DNA of 59,221 nt from positions 1 through 59,221 of the forward strand of contig JACWAD010000048.1 in assembly GCA_014874175.1 (NCBI GenBank), in the 5' to 3' direction. Made by a program: the position numbers and the translations under genes. This document shows positions 19,368-27,653 of the stretch, one piece after another. The notes beneath the pieces are model-generated. The model was not told the origin of the DNA. It was given only the letters and a program-made list of their open reading frames with translations, and searched no databases. This DNA comes from Thermoleophilia bacterium. Lineage in GTDB: Bacteria; Actinomycetota; Thermoleophilia; BMS3ABIN01. Numbering within the stretch: the first letter of the stretch is position 1; every line of letters starts with the position of its first letter.

Positions 19368-20425
19368 GCGCAAATGAAGAGATCCGCCTCACACGCCTGG
19401 CGCACGGGGCCGGCTGAGCTTGCAAGATAAGTCCGTCGGACCTGCAGGCCATTCTCAAAGAGCTGCCGCCGATAACAGATCCCAACGTGCTGGTTGGCTT
19501 CAACACCGGCGATGACTGCGCCGTTTACCGGATCTCCGATAACCTGGCGGTCATCCAGACCGTCGATTATTTCACCCCCGTAGTCGATGATCCCTACCAG
19601 TACGGCGCCATTGCAGTGGCCAACGCCCTCAGCGATATCTACGCCATGGGCGCCCGGCCGCTCTTTGCCCTCAATATTGCCGGCTTCCACACCAAGGAAC
19701 TGCCGCTGGAGATTCTCTCCCGGATAATGAAAGGGGGAGCCGACAAGGCGCGCGAGGCCGGCGTTGCCATCATTGGTGGCCATACCGTCGATGACCGGGA
19801 GCCCAAGTACGGCCTGGCCGTCACCGGCGTCATCGAGCCATCACAGATCATTCACAATTCAACGGCCCGCGTGGGAGACATCCTTTTTTTGACAAAACCG
19901 TTGGGAGTTGGCATAATCAGCACCGGCATCAAGCGGGGCACAGCCAGCACCTCCGCCGCCGCCAGGGCGGTGGAGATAATGAGCGCCCTGAACAGGGACG
20001 CCGCCGGGGCAATGGCGGCGGTGGGAGTCAGCGCCTGCACCGATGTCACCGGTTACGGCCTGCTCGGCCATCTGCTGGCGATGACGCAGGCAAGCGGCAT
20101 GGGCGCCCGCATTCACGCCCGGGCGGTGCCGGTTATCCAGGCCGCCCGGGACATGATCGACGCCGACCTTGACGCGGCGCCGGGCGGCAGCAAGAAAAAT
20201 CTCGAGTACGCCCGCCGCCTGGTCAATTTCGATCCCGGCATTACGGAGGCCGAGAGGCTGCTTTTGGCGGACGCTCAGACCTCCGGCGGGCTTTTGATCT
20301 CCTGCCCGCCGCAGGAAGCAGACAGGCTGGAGCGGGCGCTAAGGGAGGCAGGGGCCATTACGGCTGCGCGCATCGGCTTTATGGAAGCAGAAGACGACAC
20401 CGGCCGCGTCGATGTTGTGCCCTGA
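19364..20425 (+). CDS. selD: Selenide, water dikinase (selenophosphate synthetase), selenocysteine-containing (TGA 19415-19417 = Sec18)
   Basis: ATG 19364 has an AAGGAGG upstream. The frame reads [57 protein letters not shown] and continues in frame with the track ORF (19487-20425). The TGA aligns with Cys17 of E. coli SelD (SIRLTQYSHGAGCGCKISP). Confidence 0.9.
19418..19449 (+). promoter_or_regulatory. Candidate bacterial SECIS hairpin downstream of the selD UGA
   Basis: The lower stem pairs GCUUGCA (19418-24) with UGCAGGC (19443-49), 7 bp including one G-U. The upper stem pairs GUCC (19431-34) with GGAC (19438-41) around a GUC loop. The loop G and U sit about 21-22 nt from the U of the UGA. 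Confidence 0.5.
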
Positions 20426-20511
20426 AGCGAACGCGGGCGGCGGCTGATATTTCCCTCTGCTTGCAATCAACCCTCAGCAGGCGCGGCGGCAACCGGCTAA
20501 AGCCTGGGAGA

Positions 20512-23500
20512 CTATCGCTTTCTGTTTTTGAGCAGTTTCTGCAGCTGCTCTTCCAGTTCGCCAGGGTTAAGAGGCTTGTCCAGGCAAGGGTTGTCAAACT
20601 GTGACAGGTAATTCCTTGTCTCGGAGTTGACCGAGTCTCCGGAGATGAAGATAAACCGCTCGCCCAGGCCCGCGTCCATCCGCCTGACTTCCTGGTGCAA
20701 GGCGGGGCCGTCCATGCCGGGCATCTTCACATCGCTGACAACGCAGTCATAATTTTTTCCCTTCAGCATTTTCAGCGCCGCCTCGCCGTCCCCGGCGCTG
20801 TCCACTTCATGGCCGGCGCGCCGGAGCGTCTCGGTCATCACCTCGCGGATGCCAGCTTCATCATCAACAAGAAGCAGCTTGCCCAGCCGGGCTGCCGGTT
20901 TTTCCGGCTGCTTCTCTTCCTCAACCGGCGCCGGCGCGGCGACAATTGGTAGCTCCACCACCAGCGCCGCCCCCGGGCCGCCGCCCGATTCGACCCAGAT
21001 GCTGCCGCCCAGTTCTTCCATGACGCCGTAGCAAACGCTAAGACCCAGGCCCGTGCCTTTGCCAACCTCCTTGGTGGTAAAAAACGGTTCGAAGACACGG
21101 TTATGCAGCTTCTCCGGAATCCCAGGGCCGTCGTCGGCAAACACGACCCGGATCCTGCCGGCCACCTTCCGGGTGGAGACTTTCAGCTCGCCGGAGCCGC
21201 GCCAATCGAGCATCGCCTGCTCGGCGTTGGTGATCAGGTTGAGGAATACCTGCTGCAACTGGTGCGGATCGGACACGGTGGCGGGAATATTCCCGCCGTA
21301 GCTCGTTGCAATCTTGATGTTGTTGACACGCAAGTCGTATACCTTAAGCTCGAGCGAGTCCTTCAATACGGCATTGACGTCAATGACCATCCGTTCAGGA
21401 GCGTGCTGGCGGGCAAAGGAAAGCAGGTGGCGGACGATCTTGGTGGCCCGCTCCGCCTCCCGGAAAACCGCTTCAGCGTCGGCCTTAGCCTTCTCGCCCA
21501 GATCCTGTGACAAAAGCAACTGCGCGTAGCCGATCACTCCCGTGAGCGGATTGTTGATCTCATGGGCGACGCCTGACACCAGCTGGCCCACGGCCACCAT
21601 TTTCTCCGACTGGACCAGCTGCTGACGCATCCGTTTTGTCTCGGTGTTATCGTGCATGAAATGGATCGCTCCGACCACTTGGCCATCGTCGTCAAACATC
21701 GTTTCGACGGACAGCTCCAGCACCCGGCCGTCCTCGGTCTCTTCCTCGCAGCGCATCGGCCCCAGCCCCTTGGCCGCCTGCAGCATGGGGCAGTCATCAG
21801 GCACGATGCCGGCGCTGCGGATGGCTTCGTAGCACTGGCGGCCGGCAAAATCATTGACGCTGCCGCCCAGCATCGCCGCCGCCCCCCTGTTCATCCGCCT
21901 GATGATGTGGTCCCGGTCAACGACAATGATTCCCTCGGTGACGCTGTCAAAGGTGGCCTCCCACTGGGTCTTGGCGCCGGAGACGTCTTTGAACAGCCTG
22001 GAGTTCTCCACCGCCACGCCGATGGCGGCGCCCGCCAGCTTCAGCAGCCGCACATCACGCCCGGTATAGGATGCCGGCTCTGAGTTCACCATGATCAGGC
22101 AGCCAATTATTTTCTCATTGACAATGAGGGGCACTCCCACAGCGGCCCTGTAGCCGGCGGCCAGCACTGCGGGAACCATGTCTTTTTCCTGCCGGATGTC
22201 GTCGATGGTCAGCTCGGCGCCGCTTTCCACGACCCGCCAGGCAATGCCTCTTCCTTTGGGCGGATTGGCAAGCGCTTCTTCCACCTCCGGGAAAAGCTGC
22301 CTGTGGGCAACCATCTTTAGCTCATCGCCGGACGGGCTCAGCAGGTGCACCCCGGCGGCGCTGCTTTCAAAAGCGCCGAGCAGCTTTTCCAGGGCGGCGG
22401 CCAGCACATCGTCCAGATCCAGCGAGCCGGAGACCGCCTCGCTAATATCGTGCAGCACGGCCAGTTCCAGGCTCTGCTGTTTCAGCTTGCGGTTGGATTC
22501 GAGCAGCTCGGTGATGTCGTGCAGGACGACGGTGCGGCCGTCTTCCTGGCCGTCATCGTCAAGGATTGGGATGGCCTCCACGCTAAAATGGCGGCCATTC
22601 ACATCTGCTTCCAGCGTCTGGACGGCGTTGAGATAGAATACGTCGCAGCGCTCGCAGGCGTCCCGCTTTAGCCTGAACGTCCCCTGGATCTGGTTGTGGC
22701 AACGCGTGCCGCACTGCAGCCAGCACCTGCGGTCGTTGCTGCTAAAAGAGGGGCATTCCGAGTGGGTGCATGCCTTTGTTTCCCAGCACTTTACCATCCT
22801 GGCCGGGTCTACCTCGCTGGTTAAAAGCTCGTTTATGCCGGGAACGCCCGTGTCGCTGCCACCCTCAAGCTCGGAGGCGATCCGGCCCAGCGCCGCCTCG
22901 GCCGCCGGGTTGGCGGAGACGATCATGCCGGCGCCATCTGCCACCAGGATGCCGTCGCTGATGCTCTGGTGGACTGACCTTATCCGCGCCTTCTCCTGCT
23001 CCAGCTTCATAATCTGCTGCTCCAGGGATGCGGCCATGAAGTTAAACGACCCGGCCAGCCTGGCCATTTCATCGCGGCCCTTTACGGCCACCCGCTGCTT
23101 TAGGTCGCCCTCTGAAATCTTTTCCGCCCCCACCGCCATATTCCGGATCGGAACCAGCAGCCGCTTCGTCAGAATGCCGGCTGTCATCAGCCCCAAAACA
23201 GCGCCGCCGATAGCAGCGATAAAACCCCAGCTCTGGATCGATTCCCTGCCGGCGGTCCGGGACTTAATGGTCGCATCCCGGTCAGCCTTGAAGGCGACGG
23301 CCAGGTTTTGATGAATCGTCAGCATCCTGTTATAGATGCCGTCCAGCTGATCTTCCAGGGGCACCGTGTTTGCACCCGGGGTCCCGGCCAGCGGCAGCAC
23401 CTGGTTCAGGAAAATGGCTTTAAACTGCTTGTGGAGGGCGGTGCACTGATTGAGCTGGCTCTGCTCGGAGCTGTTTGCGGCATACTGTGCGGCATTCTGG

Positions 23501-23823
23501 CGGCCCTTCCTGGCAGCCGCACTGGCGGCGTTAAAATCGGCGATAAAGGGGCTGTTTGCGGGGTTGCCCTCGTAGTGGTTCAACAGGACCTCGTGAACGT
23601 CGAACATCTCCTGCCGAAGGGAGGCGTCCAAGACGGCTATGCTGGATGTGGCGTTTTCGCTCCTGGCGATGGCGGCTTGGGAGTTAAGGTCGGCGTTGCC
23701 GTCGTAGTGGAAGTAAAGGAACGCCGGAGTCATGATGGCGGCCAGGACCATCAGCAGTGGCAGTGTGAGCTTGAGCCCCAGCCGGCTCTTGAAAGTGTAA
23801 AAATATCCCTTGATCCAGTTCAT
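20512..23823 (-). CDS. Hybrid sensor histidine kinase (2 TM, HAMP, PAS split by a Cys-rich insert, GAF, PAS, HisKA, HATPase, receiver)
   Basis: 1103 aa. The H-box is VAHEINNPLTGV, the G-boxes are DDGPGIP and GKGTGLGLSV, and the C-terminal REC reads LLLVDDE...VVSDVKMPGMDG...K. The Cys-rich block is KCWETKACTHSECPSFSSNDRRCWLQCGTRCHNQIQGTFRLKRDACERCDVF. Confidence 0.9.
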   Translation of the reverse strand: MNWIKGYFYTFKSRLGLKLTLPLLMVLAAIMTPAFLYFHYDGNADLNSQAAIARSENATSSIAVLDASLRQEMFDVHEVLLNHYEGNPANSPFIADFNAASAAARKGRQNAAQYAANSSEQSQLNQCTALHKQFKAIFLNQVLPLAGTPGANTVPLEDQLDGIYNRMLTIHQNLAVAFKADRDATIKSRTAGRESIQSWGFIAAIGGAVLGLMTAGILTKRLLVPIRNMAVGAEKISEGDLKQRVAVKGRDEMARLAGSFNFMAASLEQQIMKLEQEKARIRSVHQSISDGILVADGAGMIVSANPAAEAALGRIASELEGGSDTGVPGINELLTSEVDPARMVKCWETKACTHSECPSFSSNDRRCWLQCGTRCHNQIQGTFRLKRDACERCDVFYLNAVQTLEADVNGRHFSVEAIPILDDDGQEDGRTVVLHDITELLESNRKLKQQSLELAVLHDISEAVSGSLDLDDVLAAALEKLLGAFESSAAGVHLLSPSGDELKMVAHRQLFPEVEEALANPPKGRGIAWRVVESGAELTIDDIRQEKDMVPAVLAAGYRAAVGVPLIVNEKIIGCLIMVNSEPASYTGRDVRLLKLAGAAIGVAVENSRLFKDVSGAKTQWEATFDSVTEGIIVVDRDHIIRRMNRGAAAMLGGSVNDFAGRQCYEAIRSAGIVPDDCPMLQAAKGLGPMRCEEETEDGRVLELSVETMFDDDGQVVGAIHFMHDNTETKRMRQQLVQSEKMVAVGQLVSGVAHEINNPLTGVIGYAQLLLSQDLGEKAKADAEAVFREAERATKIVRHLLSFARQHAPERMVIDVNAVLKDSLELKVYDLRVNNIKIATSYGGNIPATVSDPHQLQQVFLNLITNAEQAMLDWRGSGELKVSTRKVAGRIRVVFADDGPGIPEKLHNRVFEPFFTTKEVGKGTGLGLSVCYGVMEELGGSIWVESGGGPGAALVVELPIVAAPAPVEEEKQPEKPAARLGKLLLVDDEAGIREVMTETLRRAGHEVDSAGDGEAALKMLKGKNYDCVVSDVKMPGMDGPALHQEVRRMDAGLGERFIFISGDSVNSETRNYLSQFDNPCLDKPLNPGELEEQLQKLLKNRKR

Positions 23824-24130
23824 GCCTGCCCGCGCCTCTGACAGCAGTCTTGCCTTCTTGCCCTTTGCACTTTTGTTCTTTCTGTCCGCCTGTCCTGCGG
23901 CTTGTTTTTCGCTTGTTTTTTTTCTCCGGAAAAAACAAGAAAGGCCGTCAGCCGCCCGCCCTTTGCTTCCCCTAAATATCGGCCTTGGTCGCCTTAATCT
24001 TTACGGCTGGGGGGCGAGGAAGGAGAAGGCGGTTTTCGTTGAGGGCGGGTCCGGCCGGCTAATGGCGACCCATCATCAATTATCATTCTAGTAGCAAAAA
24101 GTTACAAATGCAACGTGCGGGACTGAGGGG

Positions 24131-24172
24131 GAGACAGGGGCTGCCGCGCCCGGGCGCGGCAGCCCCTGTCTC
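24131..24172 (-). terminator. 42-nt perfect palindrome 8 nt downstream of proA (candidate terminator without a U-tract)
   Basis: GAGACAGGGGCTGCCGCGCC/CGGGCGCGGCAGCCCCTGTCTC forms a stem of about 18 bp. No T-run follows on either strand. Confidence 0.5.
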
Positions 24173-24180
24173 AAACTTGC

Positions 24181-25431
24181 TTACTCCCGCACCTGGCCGC
24201 TGCCGCGGATGACGTAGCGGGAGCCGGTCATCTCTGCGAGGCCCATGGGGCCGCGGGGATAGACGCGGTCGGTGTTGATGCCGCTGGCGGGGCCAATTCC
24301 AAAAGGAAGGCCGTCGGTCAAACGGGTGGAAGCGTTCCAGTAAGTGGCGGCGCTGTCAACCATCCTCAGGAAGCGCTCGCCTGTCTCGCGGTCGTCCGTG
24401 ACGATGGCGTCGGCGAGGCCGGAATGATAGCGGCGGATGTGGCTGACGGCCTCGTCAAAGCCGCTCACCACCCTGAGAGACAGGATCAGGTCCAGGTACT
24501 CGGTATCCCAGTCGGCCTCGGTGGCGGCGTTCCACCCGGGCACGATGGCCCGCGCCGCCTCGTCGGCCCGCACCTCAACTCCGGCGCTGGCCAGGCTGGT
24601 TGCCAGCGGCGGCAGCACCGCGGCGGCGACCGCTGCGTCGACCAACACCGTCTCTACCGAATTGCAGGTGCTCGGCCGGTTGGCCTTGGCGTTGGTGATT
24701 ATTTTTACCGCCATTTCCACATCTGCGGACTTCTCCACGTAAATGTGGCAGAGTCCGCGGTAATGTTTCATCACCGGAATTTTTGACTGCTCCGTGACCG
24801 CCCTAATCAGCCGCTGGCTGCCGCGTGCAATCACCAGGTCGATCAGGCCCGCCAGCTCCAGCAACTCTGACACGGCGGCGCGGTCTGTGATTTCGACGAA
24901 CTGTATGGCGCCGGGCGGCATGCCGCTCCTGGCGCCGGCCTCGGCCATAAGCCGCGCCAGCACCCGGTTGGAATGGATGGCCTCCGAGCCGCCCCGCAGG
25001 ATGATGCAGTTGCCCGCCTTTATGCTTAGAGCAGCGGTCTCGGTGGTCACGTTCGGTCTGGACTCATAAATGATTGCGATGACGCCGATGGGGCTGCGCA
25101 CCTGGGACAGCTTCATGCCGTTGGGGGCAGTCCACGATTTAATTACCTCTCCCACCGGGTCTTCCATGCCGGCTATGTCACGCAGGTTGCTTGCCATCAG
25201 CGCCAACCGCTGCCGGTCCAACATCAGCCGGTCGAGCATGGCGCCGGAAAGCCCCTTGGCCTTGCCGGCGCCCATGTCCTTGGCGTTGGCTTCCTCGATC
25301 TCGGCCAGTCCGGCCTCGAGCGCATCGGCCATCGCCTCAAGCGCTGTTTTTTTTACGCCGGCGGCCAGCGCAGCCAACTGCGGCAGCGCCGCGCGGGCCT
25401 CCCTTGCCTTTTCAGTTACAGATGCCGTCAT
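24181..25431 (-). CDS. proA: Glutamate-5-semialdehyde dehydrogenase (gamma-glutamyl phosphate reductase)
   Basis: 416 aa. It has PIGVIAIIYESRPNVTTETAALSIKAGNCIILRGGSEA and the ProA-typical C-terminus. Confidence 0.95.
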   Translation of the reverse strand: MTASVTEKAREARAALPQLAALAAGVKKTALEAMADALEAGLAEIEEANAKDMGAGKAKGLSGAMLDRLMLDRQRLALMASNLRDIAGMEDPVGEVIKSWTAPNGMKLSQVRSPIGVIAIIYESRPNVTTETAALSIKAGNCIILRGGSEAIHSNRVLARLMAEAGARSGMPPGAIQFVEITDRAAVSELLELAGLIDLVIARGSQRLIRAVTEQSKIPVMKHYRGLCHIYVEKSADVEMAVKIITNAKANRPSTCNSVETVLVDAAVAAAVLPPLATSLASAGVEVRADEAARAIVPGWNAATEADWDTEYLDLILSLRVVSGFDEAVSHIRRYHSGLADAIVTDDRETGERFLRMVDSAATYWNASTRLTDGLPFGIGPASGINTDRVYPRGPMGLAEMTGSRYVIRGSGQVRE

Positions 25432-25644
25432 ACGCTTCCTTCCGGCTGCCCGGGCCGCAGGCAGCGATGTTTAACCGGAAATTAACGCGCATATTATATA
25501 AAAAGCACGGGCATTGTGGATTTTAGCGGCCGGATAAAATATTCTAATACGGCCCTGCGGCCCGGCCGCCCTGCATAGAGGCGCGGGAGCATGGGCGGCG
25601 CTGCCAGGAAACATCAACAATTTGCTTGCGAAAGGAGTTTGGGA

Positions 25645-26604
25645 ATGGTTGACGGACTGGACGTGCAAATACCCCTTGACGTGCCCCCCGCAAAGAGGGA
25701 GGAATACGTCGAGAACTTCACCGCCATGACCAAGGGCACCGGGCGGCTGATGCTGTTTGCCGGCGACCAGAAGGTGGAGCATCTTAACAAGGACTTCGCC
25801 GGCGAGTATGAGCTGGGGCAGATTCCTGAAGACGACGCCGACCCGGAGCACATGTTCCGCATCGCCCGCCAGGGAACCATCGGCGTCTATGCAACCCAGA
25901 TCGGCATGATCGCCCGCTACGGCAACGACTACCGTGAAATCGACTATCTTGTCAAGCTCAACTCAAAAACCAACCTCGTCAAGACGGCGACCATGGACCC
26001 GTTCAGCAACCTCTGGCTCGATGTTGACCGCGTGGCCAGGCTCAAGGAGGAATCAGGCCTGGGCATCAGGGCTGTCGGCTACACCATCTACCTGGGCAGC
26101 ACCAACGAGCCGCGGATGCTGGCGCAGGCCGCCCGGCTTGTCAATGACGCCCACCGGCACGGCCTGCTCTCCGTCCTCTGGATCTACCCGCGCGGCCAGA
26201 GCGTCGCCGACGAGAAGGACCCGCACCTGATCGCCGGAGCCACCGGCGTGGCGCTGACGCTCGGCTCCGATTTCGTCAAGGTAAACTACCCGAAGGCGGA
26301 AGGGCAGGAGTCCAGCGAGATCTTCAAGGAGGCGGTGGTGGCAGCCGGCCGCACCCGCGTGGTGGCGGCGGGCGGCTCCTCTACCGACGCGCGCAGCTTC
26401 CTGCAGCGGCTGCACGACCAGATCCACATTAGCGGCGCCATCGGCAACGCCACCGGCAGGAACATCCACCAGAAGCCGCTTGAGGAGGCGGTGCGGATGT
26501 GCGAAGCCATTTCCGCCATCACGCTGGCCGACTACCCTGTTGACGAAGCGGTCAAGATCTATGAGGGCAGCGAATGCCTGGACTTCAAGGCGCCGGTAGC
26601 CTAA
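25645..26604 (+). CDS. Class I aldolase of the DhnA/FbaB (DeoC/LacD-fold) family, probable fructose-bisphosphate aldolase
   Basis: It has GRLMLFAGDQKVEHLN, VKLNSKT, TIYLGS and DFVKVNYP (Schiff-base Lys context), which parallel E. coli FbaB. ATG 25645 has an AAAGGAG upstream. Confidence 0.78.
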   Translation: MVDGLDVQIPLDVPPAKREEYVENFTAMTKGTGRLMLFAGDQKVEHLNKDFAGEYELGQIPEDDADPEHMFRIARQGTIGVYATQIGMIARYGNDYREIDYLVKLNSKTNLVKTATMDPFSNLWLDVDRVARLKEESGLGIRAVGYTIYLGSTNEPRMLAQAARLVNDAHRHGLLSVLWIYPRGQSVADEKDPHLIAGATGVALTLGSDFVKVNYPKAEGQESSEIFKEAVVAAGRTRVVAAGGSSTDARSFLQRLHDQIHISGAIGNATGRNIHQKPLEEAVRMCEAISAITLADYPVDEAVKIYEGSECLDFKAPVA

Positions 26605-26639
26605 CTTACAAATCTGTCAGGGACGCAAAAACATTTGAT

Positions 26640-26709
26640 GTCATTCTGAGCCGCGGTAGCAGCGAAGAATCCAAACAAACCAGATCCTTCGCCTGCGGCT
26701 CAGGATGAC
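26640..26709. repeat. About 70-nt imperfect palindromic element (GTCATTCTGAGC...GCTCAGGATGAC type)
   Basis: GTCATTCTGAGCCGC...GCGAAGAATCC // GATCCTTCGC...GCGGCTCAGGATGAC. The arms pair apart from an interruption (GGTAGCA opposite CT) and two G-U positions. It lies between two plus-strand genes. Confidence 0.6.
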
Positions 26710-26798
26710 AATTCATATTGGATGACCGTCAAAATTTATCGCCTGCGCTTCGATGCCTTTTTCTTCCTCCATCCGGCCCCAATCGTTATACTGGCTCC

Positions 26799-27653
26799 AT
26801 GATCGTTGATTTCCACACCCATATCTTTCCGCCGGAGATGGTTGCCGACCGCGAACGGTTTTTCCCGGGAGAAGACTGGTTCGCGCACCTTTACCGAAAC
26901 CCGGCGGCGCGCATGGCCAGCGCCGGAGAGCTGGTTGAGGAAATGGACCGCTCCGGCGTTGACAAGGCGGTTGCCTTAGGGTTCCCTTTCAGCAGCTTCG
27001 ACCTTTGCGTGCGCAGCAATACATATCTGGCCGAGGCCGCCCGGAGCTGGCCCGGCCGCATCATCGGGTTTGCCAACGCGCCTCCACAGGGGGCCGGAGC
27101 CCGGGCTGAGATTGAGCGCTGCCTGGACCTGGGGCTGAAAGGCGTTGGCGAGCTGGTGCCCGACAGCCAGGGGTTTGACCTTGCCGACATTGACGCCATC
27201 GCCCCCTTGGTGGAGCTGGCCCAGCGAAACAGCCTGCCCATGCTGATTCATTTGAGCGAGCCGGTCGGGCACGACTACAAGGGCAAGAGCGGCACAACTC
27301 CCGAAAAGGGCTATGCGCTGGCCCGCGCCTTTCCGGGACTGAAGCTGGTGTTTGCCCACTGGGGCGGCGGCCTTCCTTTTTACGAGCTTATGCCTGAGGT
27401 GCGCAGCGACCTTGCCGGCGCCTGTTACGACTCGGCGGCCAGCCCTTACCTTTATGACGCAAAAATCTTCAAGATCGCGGTCTCGCTGGTGGGACACCGG
27501 AAGATCCTGTTTGGCAGCGACTTTCCCCTGCTCTCACCCCAGCGGTGCCGCCTCGAAATTGAAGCCGCCGGCCTAAGCCCAGCCGAAACCGAGGCAATCC
27601 TGGGAGGCAATGCCGTCAGGCTCCTGGAAGGAAACGTTGCAGAGCCTGCATGA
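26799..27653 (+). CDS. Amidohydrolase-family (TIM-barrel metal-dependent hydrolase) protein
   Basis: MIVDFHTHIFPPE...VFAHWGG...FGSDFPL, the amidohydrolase_2-like pattern. The start is taken at ATG 26799 and has a weak RBS. Confidence 0.78.
   Translation: MIVDFHTHIFPPEMVADRERFFPGEDWFAHLYRNPAARMASAGELVEEMDRSGVDKAVALGFPFSSFDLCVRSNTYLAEAARSWPGRIIGFANAPPQGAGARAEIERCLDLGLKGVGELVPDSQGFDLADIDAIAPLVELAQRNSLPMLIHLSEPVGHDYKGKSGTTPEKGYALARAFPGLKLVFAHWGGGLPFYELMPEVRSDLAGACYDSAASPYLYDAKIFKIAVSLVGHRKILFGSDFPLLSPQRCRLEIEAAGLSPAETEAILGGNAVRLLEGNVAEPA

Noticed and set aside
23810-24091. 93-aa plus-strand ORF and 84-aa minus-strand ORF upstream of the hybrid kinase
   Set aside because: They overlap the kinase start or its 5' leader. 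They have repetitive, low-complexity products and no SD. The AT-rich 10-bp hairpin at about 23912-23939 is the only structure there, and it is weak.
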